A stretch of 64,000 nucleotides of DNA, taken from positions 62,001-126,000 of the forward strand of contig LVLI01000140.1 in assembly GCA_001687465.1 (NCBI GenBank), given 5' to 3'. This document shows, one piece after another, positions 48,904-61,948 of the stretch. Positions within the stretch are counted from its first letter, which is position 1; every line of letters begins with the position of its first letter. A model generated the notes under the pieces. It was not told the DNA's origin. It saw nothing but the letters and a program-made list of their open reading frames with translations, and did no database searches. This DNA is from Halocafeteria seosinensis. Its lineage: Eukaryota. The translations under genes and the position numbers were made by a program.

Positions 48904-50616
48904 TCAAGAGGGATCCTCGACATGGGGCCCTAGAACCGACATGACTGCAGTTCCTTCCAGAGCTTCTTGTACGTCTTCCCAATTCACTTTGAGGGAAACT
49001 AACTTCTTTCTATCATTTAGTTCTATTATACCTTGGGACTGTAGAAACTGGAAGAGCAGGTCAACTCCCGAAGAGCCACGGCAACCCTGCCCTGTTAGCC
49101 GGCAGAACTTACTGTATTGCTTCCGTACGGTCGCCATATCGGCAGTTGGTTCCTTCTTCTCGCGCGTGGCGAATATGGATAATAAAACGACAAGACTGTC
49201 TATAGTTAAGTTTTCGATAGCAGCACTTGCACTGTAGCGTGATCGCTTGATTGTAGTACTCATAGTTGCCAATGAAACCAATGGCTTCTCCGTCGATACT
49301 TCGATTGATTCAGAGCAGCGCGATCTCTTGCCTGATATAGGGGACGTTGAAACAGTGTAGCTCTCCATTGCAAGATCCATAGCACTCCCGCATATTTCTA
49401 ATACTTTGCGCAAGTCTCCACTGCTCTTCCCCACTGTGCGCGCCACTTTTTCTAATGCCATGGGATGAAACAACTTGTCCGCAATGCTGTTCGTCTCCCC
49501 AGGTATCCCAGGGTCGTCTATCTTTGATCGCTTGCCTGACGGTTCGTTAGCTGCCACTGAAACAATGTGTTTTAACAGAGCTACAATTTGCGGCGATTTG
49601 TAGGGCTGAAATATCACTGTCTTTGGCTGGGCGTTCACCTTGGTTAACATCGGAAGTGACTTTTCGATAGTGTTAATCGAGTTTGAAATGCCAATAACAT
49701 GAACTGGGGACAAAGTAGACTTTGACAATGTGAACAGAGTGTACAACGCTTCAAGACCGATATCGTTGGTTGCTTTAGCCGGTTTACTGCTCTTGCATAG
49801 TGTCCGACGTACACCCTTTTTCGGTTTATTGTTGGCCTTGGGTTCCTCCACTTTAATTGAATCTAGATCCTCCCTCTCCGATTCACTTTTCCTAGTGCTT
49901 GTCGTTTTGTTCTTTCGTCGAGATCCTGAAGTAATGGACACGTCACTGATAGATTTCATCCCCTTTCCTAAGACCGCGTCGATTTCGTCAATGATGACAA
50001 GGATAGGCGACGTCGTATGTTTTGCTAGTTTATTCAGATACTCAAGTCCCTGATGGCCCCGGGAGTCTTTGTTTGTGCATCGCTTTACAAGATCAGTCAC
50101 AAAGTCGTTCGGCGATGAGTATGCCATTCCATTCATCTGTATGACCCGTAGTTGGTTTCTAGAGTTCTGCGAAAACACGGACAGCCCCATCTAGAGGCGG
50201 GCACGGCAGTGGAGAAGATGAACACTTTACTTACGGTTTTTGAGAATTCTGATTCTATCTGAGAAAGAACGTGGGACTGCATGGATACAAAATAGGACAC
50301 CTGATGCTTCAGCAGCACAAGTGCACACTTCACAAACTGTACGTACCACGACCATAGTCTTGCCTGTTCCAGGACTTCCACAGACATACAGTGAGGGTAC
50401 ATGCTTTTTTTCCAATTTCTCTCCGTCACTCGAACTGACCCCCAATAAATTCAGCATGGCAGTCTTGATCACGTTCTGTTCCCTCGACCGACACGGGATA
50501 GTTGACGAGGTGGATACCGTGCCGGGTGCTACGGGATCCTCTGTCTCTGAATGGTCCTTATATCCATTATTTGTTCGAAATACCTGTCTGATGGATTCTA
50601 TTTCGCTTATCTCCAT
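48904..50616 (-). CDS. CDC6: CDC6/ORC1-family AAA+ replication licensing factor (5' end uncertain)
   Basis: CRSREQ, SLYVCGSPGTGKT (Walker A), ILVIIDEID (Walker B), VIGISNS, FQPY..QI, SGDLRKVLEIC, winged-helix tail. Confidence 0.85.
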
Positions 50617-51491
50617 TGTAGTGGCGCTGTATCAGCTCCTGTAGCCTGTCTAGCGAAGCACTGCGATTTTGTGATGTTAATTTGAAATGCGAGATCCCGA
50701 ATTCCAATAGCATGTACAATGCGCGACTTGTGTCCAAGGATGAGACTGCATTAAATGGAACCACTTGATCAAATTCAATACTGTGAGCTAATTTCAACAA
50801 TCCAACGTGGAGGCATTCGATAGTGGGAAGGGAGCATGAGCAAGTGTTTTGAATGCACCCCGCTTGGCGCGCACTTGGTCGCCGGTTGTAGATAGACCAG
50901 GTTCACAACACACCAGCACTGGTGTTTCGTTCAAAACCAACCAACGGGCTACGCTGAAGGGAAACCGCTTGATGGACAAATAGCAGTGGTTGGTTCTAAT
51001 ATGGAAACGAGTTGTTGCCTTGTAGTCATTGTGTGTGGTGGTGGAATAGCATAGCGAACCGTGAGAAGCCGGTTTGTGATCGCAATGCATGGGCGAACGC
51101 GTGCATTGTGTCCATCAAAATAGCATAAGAGCACACAGCCTGTGACACATGTCTTATACACGTAAGTCGACGTTGTCGCAGCTCGGTAGTGCACACCAAG
51201 ATTCACCGGTAAAAGGTAAATGGCCGTTGGCAAGCTGTGCAAGCTAGCTTCACAAAACTGATTTCTCAAGAAGTCTTGCTGGGATGTTCTGCAGACTGCA
51301 GCTATTATGTTGCGCACCGTGATTTTGTTGAGCGCAATTTCACGTTCAGTTTCGACAGCTGTAATTGTGTTGCATCTGCGAAAAGGGGGAAGGGAAATAT
51401 AATAGTGCTTGTACATTTTGTATATCACTGGGTTTGCCTCGGCTTGTTGAACCCTCGGAATAGCAGTCTTTTTCGCGTGTATGAGAGAGTG

Positions 51492-53294
51492 ATGAGACTT
51501 TTTTCTCACACGATATACTTCTTTTTTGTTCTGGGACTTGCCGTATTCAATACGGCGGGGGCCATATCCCCTGGTTCAGGACTTAGAGCTCCCATTGTAA
51601 AGCCACCCCAGGGAGGCTCCCGGGAAACTACGAACGTAAGAAGGAAGGATGCAGATTTAAACTTGGGACCAATTATTTACTGATTTACCGCTTACAGGTT
51701 ACCGCGTTGCGAGCTGGTCTAACACAGAAAGGGCTGACATGGATCGCCGATACAGCACAAACAGTAATTAATCGGTATATTACAACCCTTCCGCTTCCAA
51801 ATGTGACTGTGGAAAAGATGGGAGTGGACGCATTGTTATACGATATTGAGTGCTCTGATATTTCCGTAGAAAAAGTTGATATCACGATGAAGGATAATCT
51901 CCAGGCCAAAATACAGAACGTCTCCGCCAAGTGCCCTGGAAAATGGAAGGTCTCGTCGCTGCTGTTGAGCGGCCACGGTACAGCAGATGTCACTGTACAA
52001 ACGGCGAAGGGATCTTTGGACATTAGCGCCACAACAAATTCGTCTGGACATCTGGCACTTACTGCAAGTGATGTTAAGTTTGACATGGGAAATGTTACCG
52101 TGAATATGAAAGGGAGTGGTGTCAGCGGCAAGATTATCGAATGGCTTGAAGGGTTGCTACAAGGTTGGATCATTAAAACAGCCGAAAAAACGATCGAACA
52201 GCAGCTTACGGAACTCATTAATGTCAACATAACGCATATCCTTCAGGAGCTGCCGACTTCAGTTGACTTCCCTCTGCCAGCACCGTATAACGTGTCAGCA
52301 TTGAACCTGGGTGCTACTTCTGTTACTCAAGCTTCTAGTGCGTTTCTGGGAGCGGGTTTTCAAGGATTTTTTGCTGATAAGAACGATCCATCAACACTTC
52401 CTCCTTTTGTGTTTCCCCAGCTGTAAGTGCAACCTAAACCCTGGCGTTTCTTAGGATGCTGATACATGGCATTGTTCGCTTCGTTTTCGCAGACCTCCTT
52501 ATGCGAAGAGCTCTGTAGATTCTTCCTTCGTTCAAACTCTAATCTCGAACAATACAATTGGAAGTGCTATATGGGTGTTGCAACGGAATGGCCTTCTTTC
52601 CAAGACTGTTTACCCTGATGATATTCCTTCGCACTTTCCTTTGCAGCTGTATACCAACAGCCCCGACTGGAAGTATATAGCGCCCAAACTAAACAAGGTG
52701 TACCCAAACGATCCAATGCATTTAGTGTTGAGCGTTGAGCAAGGCTCCGAAGTCCGATCTTCGAAATCGAAGGACTCATTCTTCCTGAATTCTTCCCTTT
52801 CTATGGACTTCCAAGCTGTTGAAAACGAACCCGTGACTGCTTTTAGGTTCTCCTGCCCTCTTGAAACGACATTATCGTTGGATGTACAGCAAGGAAAGGG
52901 CAATGGAAGTGAAAAGCAGCTAATTGTTGGTGAAATAAAGAGCGTATCTTGCGATGTAACCATTGTTAATAGCACTGTCGGAAAGGTAGATTACAGTGGA
53001 CTTCGACGAGGTGTGAACTTTATTCTTCGATACCTGCTCAAGCCCATAATCAATAAGGTTCTCGAAGGTGGGATACCATTGCCATGCGGCTCGACGTTGA
53101 AACTAAAAAACTCTTCAATTAGCTTCGATAACGACTACGCTGTGTTAGGCACGATGGCCGAAATAGATTTACCGAGTTTACTTGGCTCTGGAGTTTCCGT
53201 TCCTGCGGATGCACTGCCTGAAAGAGAGGTGTCTCGACTGAGAAGAGAATTCCAACAGGAAGTAAAGGAATCACAAGTTAAGTGGGCATTATAA
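51492..53294 (+). CDS. LBP/BPI/CETP (TULIP) lipid-binding protein, copy 1, secreted
   Basis: Signal peptide; RAGLTQKGL, two-lobed beta-rich body, IAPKLNKVYPN, INKVLEGGIPLP; introns after the leader and after PQL. Confidence 0.85.
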
Positions 53295-53650
53295 GAGGAT
53301 ATATAAAAGCGAATATTAAAATACACAACTCTTATACACTGTTTATTCCGGAAGTAACCCAAAGTTTGTATTTTTCATAGCTGGCCGTCGTCTTCTGCGT
53401 GCAAGTTGAAGTATTGTTGTATAAGCGCACTACACTCTACTGCGGAACGGGAGTGACAGTGGCGGATGTTCCGACAGCTGTAGACACATGAAAATGCTTA
53501 TTGGGTGAATTCTTTTGGGTTGGTAACGAACGGTATTTGCATGCAGTACGTCCTGGATTTACCGGTGGATTCGATCGGGTATAGTAAAAGGTCGGTCTTG
53601 TCTCATATTCCGTTTGTAGTTTTCCGAAAGCCATCTGTAATATTACCATT

Positions 53651-55516
53651 ATGCGTTCTTTCAAGTCCAATTCCTCTATATTATGGGCATTGGTAGCATT
53701 CTCCCTTATAGCTGGCTGCACCCAGCAAGCCTCTGCAGTCAAGGCTGCTCGGCGTTCTCTACGAGGAGCCGATCTTAACACCGACGTAAGTTGCCCGGCC
53801 GGCAACCCTGTCGCTGGATCTCAGGATATCCTTGTGCCTGAGTAATACTGCTACAGGTTACCGCTTTCAGGGCAGCATTAACCCAAGGAGGCTTCAACTG
53901 GATCACAGAGACGGCCCAAGAAGCTATTGAGAAGTATTTCACGAGTATATCGATACCAGAACTCACTTTTGAAAAGGATAAAATCGAAGGGAAAGTTTAC
54001 AACATCGAGTGTACGAACATCAAAGTGGGTAACATTGCCTTGGAAGTCGAAAACCAACTTCATGGGACCGTTTCCGATATCTCGTAAGTCCTAACTCACT
54101 GAGGTATCTAACACTTCATGCCGCACATGTTACATGCTCATGGTGTGCAGCCTCGAATGCTCTGCAACTTGGGAACTGAAGCTGGAGATCTGGCCTCACC
54201 CGCACAAGCATGGAACGGCTGACCTCTCTACAAGTAATGCCGGTGCCACTCTCGTAGTAGATGTTGCAGCTGATGGTGCTGGCCATGCTACTGTAGACCC
54301 CAGCAGCGTTAGCGTCAGACTTGGGGATCTCAAAGTCCACATACATGGAGGAATTATAGGAGACATATTGGACTTCTTCAAGGATATCTTGCTTCACTGG
54401 GTTGAGAAATACGTGGAGAAGAGTGTTGAAAACGGATTAAGTGACCTGATTAAGACCAAGATCAACAAAGCCTTGCAAGAGATTCCAGTGGTGATTGACT
54501 TGAAAGTGGCTCCCCCGTTCAATGTGTCACTCATGAACATGGGGATCACGTCTCTACCTCATGTCTCCAGTGCCTACATTGGAGCTGGATTGCAAGGATA
54601 TTTTGTCAATGTCGATAACCCAACTACACTTCCACCCTACGCTCCTCCGTCTCTGTAAGTTACTATGGAGTTACGGGACTCTCCGAATCTATACACATTA
54701 CTCACGTTTCTTACTTGCAGACCAAATTACGACCCGGCTACTGCAGATTCCTCGTACATCCAGCTGGTAGTCTCTGGCTATACAGTTGAAAGCGCGTTCT
54801 GGGTATTTCAATCGCATCATCTTCTACAAGACATTATTGGACCGAACACTGTGCCACCGAACTTTCCATTGAAACTGAATACAAATGATCCCGTATGGGC
54901 ACTAATCGCGCCGAAGATGCCGTCCGTCTATCCCAATGATGATATTCAAATCCTCTTTGAAGTCCAGTCAGGAACTTCCGTTACTTCAGCGGCAAAAGAC
55001 GATTCCTTTTCAGTAGATATTCCCATTGCTATGGCCATTCAGCCATTGACACCAGGCGGACCGGAAAGTGCTTTCGTCTTAGGATGTCCGATGAAAACGT
55101 CGCTCACTCTCGCGGTAAAGGATAGACTTAACAGTTCTACAGGACAAACACAGCAAGTAATTGCTGGTTCAATGAAGTACTTGTCCTGTGATTTGGCTCT
55201 TGAGAACTCCACTGTTGGGCCTGTGCACTTCAGTGCTTTGAAAGATGGAATTTCGTTCGCTATCGACGACGTATTGATGCCTTTATTGAATGCGTTCTTG
55301 AGGGTAGGCATTCCCATTCCCAGTGGCTCTTTTGTAGAGCTTACGAATACTTCCGTTACATTCGGCGACAACTACGCCGTTGTTGGATCCATGGCAACGG
55401 TAAACTTGACAAAAATTCTACCAGGGGACGAACAATACCATCGCTTGCTTTCTCCGAAGGAGATAACAGAAATCCGGCAGCAATTTAACAGCAATGTCAG
55501 GGAAAAGTATAGCTAA
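53651..55516 (+). CDS. LBP/BPI/CETP lipid-binding protein, copy 2 (tandem paralogue), secreted
   Basis: Signal peptide; RAALTQGGF, IAPKMPSVYPN, LNAFLRVGIPIP. Same two intron positions as copy 1 plus one extra. Confidence 0.85.
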
Positions 55517-55523
55517 CTGAAGT

Positions 55524-55680
55524 TCAATAAATGTATTATTTGACATAAATATGCATGTGTAGGTAGGTTGCTTACCCAATCATGTACTTTCCAGTCCTGA
55601 AGCTATGTTTTCTCCATTAATGCTAACTGCCACAGTCTCACACTTTAGTCTAGTAACACTAAAAATCACTTGAAATACTC
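55524..55680. repeat. Copy A of a ~155-bp diverged direct repeat (duplicate of the AspH stop codon and 3' flank)
   Basis: tcaataaatgtat..gtactttccagtcct..agctatgttttctccattaat..gtctcacactttagt..tcacttgaaatactc is shared with 56111-56264. Confidence 0.9.
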
Positions 55681-56110
55681 AACATCAGAATTCCGGAATC
55701 CGGGATACGATGCAATGTTATTTTGTGCTACACTGCTGCTACAGTATTTTCGACCACAATGGGGTTATTGTCCGTTCGGATCGAGAAAGTGATATTCTTC
55801 GTGAATGGTACCCGAAAAAATGCTGACCTGTCCATGGCATAAGTGCCAGTTTATTTCACACGCTCAATCGCGGTGAACAATACCTACAAATGAGGAATCT
55901 TCCGCATGGAGCCTCTAGCTCACACTGTTACCTCTCACAAACAGAAGTTCACCCGGTAATACGGGAGCAGCATAGCACTAGACCAGCAGCTCACCAGCTC
56001 TCTTCGCCGAGCATTTATCGTTGACGTTGGGCCTGTTTGTTTTATGAGACCTGAACGTCATTAATGAGCATCAAATACCCTTCATAGACATTGGAAAACC
56101 CTTTGGGAGG

Positions 56111-56264
56111 TCAATAAATGTATCATTTGACATGAATATGCATGTGGTAAGGCAACCTACCTAATCTTGGTACTTTCCAGTCCTAAGCTATGTTTTCTCC
56201 ATTAATTCTAGCTGCCAACGTCTCACACTTTAGTGTAGTGATATAATAATCACTTGAAATACTC
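56111..56264. repeat. Copy B of the ~155-bp direct repeat, overlapping the AspH stop codon
   Basis: Same blocks as 55524-55680. Confidence 0.9.
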
Positions 56265-57279
56265 CATAAAACTCTCCAGTTCTTCTGTAGTTCCCCCCTC
56301 AGCAGTCCCTCCTGGAAGCCCCTGTGGTCGTAGTAAATCAAAAATCAAGACGACGCGACTCTCCTTCTCGTCATCATTGAAGGCGGAGTGTGTCTGAGAA
56401 TCGTCGAACACGATGACTTCATGATTGTGGTGTTGTTGTTCGTCGTCTTCTACTAGAACGCCACAGTGGCCCACAGATGGTAGTCGCAAAGGTAAATGAC
56501 ATCGTAGAACGTAGTTTGACAGATCTCCCCACCCCTGAAAAAAAGAAGAATCCCAACCAGGGCTACATACGGTGATAAATGTTATACGGACCATATGGAT
56601 TGCAAAACCTTACCCTATGAGGAGAGAGCTCTGTATTCGGGCCGAGACGGGAAAACAGCGCTGTGCGGATCCCAGGTAGTGCTTTCAACAAGCGCACTGT
56701 ATTGGGAACTTTATCGCAAAACTGGTTTATCCACCGAGTCTGACTAGGATCGTATGCTGAACAGAAAGTAGAAGCACTTTGGACACCTGGCAAGGGGATT
56801 CCGAAATACGGTTCACCTCTCAACGTACCTGGAAACGTGTGAACGAGTGGGAAGACCTTCCATTCGTCTCCATCGTCGTCGTACAGATTATGTTCTGGCC
56901 AGTCTGGCCAACTTGTCTTCTCTATGTACTTTAATTCATCTAAAATCACGTGTTTGTGTTTTAGGAGTTCCTGTGTGGAGTAATACACCCGTGAGACCTA
57001 ACGCGAGTTCGCCGCTAACCGGCTACTTACGCGCAAGAACGGGAACGTAGTACGCCACTCATAGAAAGTCGGTGCTTCCTCCCTGCCTTCCCATGGCTTC
57101 TCTGTAGGAGGTTCGAATGGGATCGTGAAACTATCAGACACGTGCGTGATCTGTGTACTCTGTAAAGCGAAATTGTCCTCCTCTTCCGGAAGCTCCTCTT
57201 GGTCGATGCCGTGGTGCTCCGATTTACCACCCCCAGTGGGGGGCACACCATCTTTGCTCATACTCATCGTAGAGCTCAT
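56250..57279 (-). CDS. Aspartyl/asparaginyl beta-hydroxylase family Fe(II)/2-oxoglutarate dioxygenase, multi-exon
   Basis: WKVFPL, ALFSRLGPNTELSPH|..GWGDLSNYVLRCHLPL, VFDDSQTHSAFN, RVVLIFDL. Confidence 0.88.
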
Positions 57280-58051
57280 TGTGGTGGAACGTTCAAGATG
57301 AAACTAATCTGCTGAATTGTACCGTATAATTCAATTCTCCCTTGTCGGTCGCAAGAGTTCAAACCCACTTCACATGTTTCAGAACCTCCTTACACTTACA
57401 TACCGCAAACAATTTTTTCGGTAGATTAAAATTGTACCATTTTTTAATTTTTTTCTTAAAACTCTGGGATGAAAACTAGGCTGTCTAATATCATAGACTG
57501 CATGTACGTGAGAAGAGGCATCTTCCTTGCAGACAGGAGCTTTGTCAAATGCAAATCCACAAGACACACGTGACGAAGGAATGCCATTCTGCTGGCCGAG
57601 TTGCAGACTTAGAAGGAATTGAGATTGCCTCTGAGCTAGGGGTTTTGCTCTGGCGAAGCAAATGTCAAATTCCTGTGCTGAAATATAACACACTGCTATG
57701 TGCCATTGCCCATTCTCCAGGAATTTCTTTCCATACCACTCATCCTTCAAAACGGCATGTCTCCTCGAAAATACAATATACAGTACTTAGAAAATTAATA
57801 TGTTTGTCAGGTGATGCAAGGATATCAAGCTTGTTTGGTTCTGCTCGCCGGCGTTGTTTATTCCGAATTTGGTACCGGGAAACGTGTAAACACACCCATC
57901 CATCAGTGAAGAGCACGGTGAATTCTTGAATAACTCAATATTAACATCTGATTGTAGTATAATTACTGTAGTCGGCTGTATAATAGGCTGCAAATACACT
58001 GGGAATTCCTCTTTCTTCAAGGAGAATTCTTCTTTTTCAGGAGCATTCAAT

Positions 58052-59165
58052 ATGAAGTGGATGGGAGGAGCACGACAGCGGCTGAAAATCCATGAACGAG
58101 GAGCAAAACGACGACTGCATAGCCACAGTCAACAGCAAAAAATGCCATTGGGTCCTATCGTGCCAGATACGAGGGCGAGATTTGCAACGCACCGTCACCA
58201 ACAACGGAAAGAATCGAGTGACGAAGAATTCCTTTCAGAATCCCATGGACGTTATAAGGCCCCAAACAGTGATTCTAGGCAAGATGTATTAGCATCGAAA
58301 GATCTAGCGTTCTTGGAATTCAATGAAGATCCGTCTCCTGTGCTCAAACATACGCTCAAGTCCTCGAATCGTCCAGGACCATTACCCTGGAATTCTTCGA
58401 CGGAGAATCACACTCATAGACACAAGGACGAATCTCCTCCAAACTCCAAGAGACAGAGGCGTACACTATCCAGCGGGAGACAACACAATGACAGTCCCTT
58501 AAGAGGTGTGTAATGTGGTGAATGTCTATCCCTGATGCTGGTTGAACCAATCGTCTCTTGATTTGCAGTTAATACGCCGCCAAGCCCAGCACCGCGGGCT
58601 GGAAGCACTATAGCACTCACACCTCAGGAAAATGAGCCAAAGCATGATGTCTCCAACGAGTCATTTACTCCCCAACAGCCTGTACTCTTCATCGACGTGA
58701 ACTCGACATCCTCTGCGAGTAGTGCCGTTGAACCCAACAGTCACCAGCAGAAACTCAAGGAAATCGAAAACGCCATCGCAGCGGGCGGTGAGTTACTCGA
58801 TCATTTGAGGAGCCCTGGCACATCACGTTCCAAGTATGTTGCTCGCACTCCTGGATGCTTAAATTCGTTGAATGTTACCACACCCCTACAGGTTCAACAA
58901 CAATCTTACGTTATACTTGGAGAGCATCAAGCGAACATTCGAAAAGACTGTTCAACAAGTTTGCGGACAACCGGAGAGTAAATTGGCGCTGCCTGCTCTT
59001 GAACAAAACGTTTATACCATCTACTGTATGGTAAAAGAGATCTACGAAAAAACTCGGGATCCGTGGTTCCAGCAAAGTGCAGACCGACTGGAAGGCTTAT
59101 TTCGTAAAGATGAAAGCCCAACTACATCACCAGATGTTCAAGCGTTAATAACGCCAACAATTTAA
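58052..59165 (+). CDS. Hypothetical protein with a C12orf40/REDIC1-like N-terminal motif, 3 exons
   Basis: MKWMGGARQRL start and a later SKDLAFL segment; the remainder is low complexity. GT-AG introns at ~58506-58569 and ~58834-58891. Confidence 0.5.
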
Positions 59166-59867
59166 AGGGGAAGACTCCTCACAAGGCCATTCAAGTGTCT
59201 TGAGTCGCATTGTTTCCATCTTCCACCCCTTCGTTAACAGGCTGCGGCTGCGTTGAACTAGCGGTGCTCCGACGCTCGACGCCTTTGTTTCGGACTAACA
59301 TGAGCCTTTTCTGATCACTATCTCTGTGTCGGTCACCCAACCTTGCTAGATATATTTGGCCGGAAGTACTACCTGTAGTGCCCAGGAAATAAACTGTGCA
59401 GTGAGGACCGCAAGGCTCTCCAAACGTCGTCAAACCTACCGTTTGGGTAGAACATGTACGAGGGTTGCGTTTTCCCATCACCATCAGGGGATCTATGCAC
59501 GGATCCTGCATAACATTTCACCATGAATGGTACCATACTGCCAAAAAAGTACCGTCTGCTCCTTTAGAAAGCCCACGTACCTTCAGGGAGAGAGACAATC
59601 GGAACGTGGGGTCCAGGGGCTGTTTTGGTTTTCGAGTCATGCTTGGCTTTGTCCCCAGTGTTTTTACATAGCGGTTGTCCCATTGTGGTCTATATATTTT
59701 CCCTATATAAAATTTCATGCAACAAGGGGAAAGCTGCATCCCTTCCTTCTGTCCAATGCAATTCAGACAGAATTATTCAGTTCAGTACAACTAGTTCGGG
59801 GCTACCCGAACTTCAACCGTGTGCATGGTCCGCTTGGGACTACAAGTAGTACAAGTGCTTGTCAACC

Positions 59868-59905
59868 ATATTCATGCAAAATCTTAATATTCATGCAAAA
59901 TCTTA
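59868..59905. repeat. Perfect 19-bp tandem duplication (atattcatgcaaaatctta x2)
   Basis: Direct observation. Confidence 0.9.
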
Positions 59906-59992
59906 TAGAGTTATAGTAGGTCCCTCCTACCTACGCTGTGGATTTTGCGATGACAACACGCAGTGCGTGTGTATTTTGACACACATGCTACA

Positions 59993-61567
59993 TCAGGGGG
60001 AAGCTTCTATCACAAGTTGTACGCGACTATGCCTAAAACAGGTTTTTAGCGGCTCTTCCCAATCCTCGAAGACAGTTCTTTCCGGAAAGCTCTTGACGGA
60101 GCACTTCGGGGTTCCAGATTGAGGATCCATCGAAAATACGTCATTGTCTTGGTGAATAGCGTACGCGACTATATCTCGTATTGTGTTAGAAGCCTTGAAT
60201 TTGCGAAGGTAGTTCTTTCCGTTTGAGGGGACACGGATTTTTACATAATAAGCGTCTTCGTCCGCTCCGCTAGGTTCTTCAGGCACTGGGTTATCATTGA
60301 GAAAGTCCGCTACAGTCCTCCATCTAGTGTGAACAGATTGTTGATTGTCGGTATGGGAAACCGTATCCGATTGCTGGTGCCCTTCATCTGGCTGCTCGTT
60401 GTGCGCTATATACCTAACAAGAGTGTTAGTTAAGTATTCCCTTGAGCATCCTTCAGGGACTTGTATTCCCTCTCGAACGCACTGATCGCGCAAATCACGG
60501 TCTGATAAGCCCTGTAAGCTTTCTCGAACAAGGGATTCAACGTCTTCTTCACTATCTTGCGGCGCCGGTTGAGGGTTGACAGCTGCGCCGCTATTACCGA
60601 GAGTTTCATTAAGCACGGAGTCCAAGAGAGCATCTTCGTCCTGTTGCTGTGTTTGCCTTTGGCTCCTGTTCGATTCTTGTTCCTCTGGAAGAGTTTCTCG
60701 ACATACTGGGCAGTTGTTGTTATCTTTCAACTGAACATCAAAAATAGGCCGCATTAATGATTATACTTGATGCAATTTACCTCAATTATACATACCCATT
60801 GCACTAGTCCTTCTTTGCGAAACGCGTGCCTGTACCATAAACCCTAAACAGTATCATAAAAAGAACTATAGAGTACGAACGTTAGTGAAACGTACCCGCA
60901 AGGAAGCTTGACAGCTTTATCTCCCTCTTGAAACTCTTCAAATGTGATTGCATCCGAGGGATTTCGTTCCAAGTCTTCCCGTGTCAGCTCCTTTTCCTCA
61001 AGAGAATCGAGAAACTCCTGACTAGTGGGATGGTATTGTCGTTCTTGCTGCTCAAATAGACGGGCTGCGATTTCATTAATGTCTTCCCCCGACACGCCAT
61101 CTGCAGCTTACTCGAGTAAAATAAAAGGCCAGTCATATTCGGACGGAGCATTGACGGAAATCACAAGATTACGCACCTGCTGCGGTCAAAGAAGTGAACA
61201 TGTTTTGCAGCATATTCAGCATGCCAGGGACTCCCGGCTGCTGCTGGCGTCCACCTCCTGCTGCTTGGTTGGCATTCGGTGGAAACACACCACCTACGCC
61301 TGCTTGGGACAGAAGCCCTTGAACTTCCTGAAATATGTCCATCATATTTCGTGAAGCGCCTCCTCCTTGTTCTCCAGCATGTTGTTGCTGTTGATTACTA
61401 CCGGTAGTGTTGTCAAAGTTCCAGCTGATTTGTTGTCCTCCTGGTCCTTGCGAGACGACTCGAAATGAAACGCGCGGTCCACCACCGCTTCTTTGCTGAT
61501 TATTCGCTCCTCCGCCGCCGTTTCCTCCGGGAGGGAAATGCTCGTTAGGGTCCTGTTGATTCGCCAT
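59993..61567 (-). CDS. Putative E3 ubiquitin ligase: Q/G-rich N-terminus, degenerate RING-H2, SAP-like helical hairpin, UBX/ubiquitin-like C-terminus; multi-exon
   Basis: PTSQEFLDSLEE..DAITFEEFQEGDKAVKLPCG|HAFRKEGLVQW|LKDNNNCPVCRETLP; LSDRDLRDQCVREGI; VKIRVPSNGKNYLRKFKASNTIRDI..FPE. Confidence 0.75.
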
Positions 61568-61948
61568 GGTCAAATGTTCGATAAATCCAGAACGTGGAAG
61601 TTTATGGTTCCAGGAAGCAAGTTAATCTTTGAATATGCGTTCACAGATAAATGATTGGCTGGATACACCCACACACACACAAAAATAATACACCATATGC
61701 CTGTCTTCTCCTCTGTATATGGCGTAAATAACTCTTTCCACCAAGGGAAGGCCATCTTCACAAAGAAGACTCGGCGTGGCGTGGTTGAAGCTTGAACCGA
61801 CACCTCTCCCTCAGATCCTTAATGCGCTTTATACAGGTGGATAGACGATTCTAGAGGGTCTTGTTGGTCTTGGTTATCTGTACGCCATTACTGTCAGTTG
61901 ACTGACGTTGTCGAATGACTTGTATGGGAAGTGCATAGAGCCGAAAAA

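Noticed and set aside
57300..58050. gttcaaaccc T-loop-like word and minus-strand ORFs
   Set aside because: No cloverleaf could be folded and the ORFs lack motifs. No tRNA or rRNA was recognised anywhere in the window, though tRNAscan/Infernal were not run.
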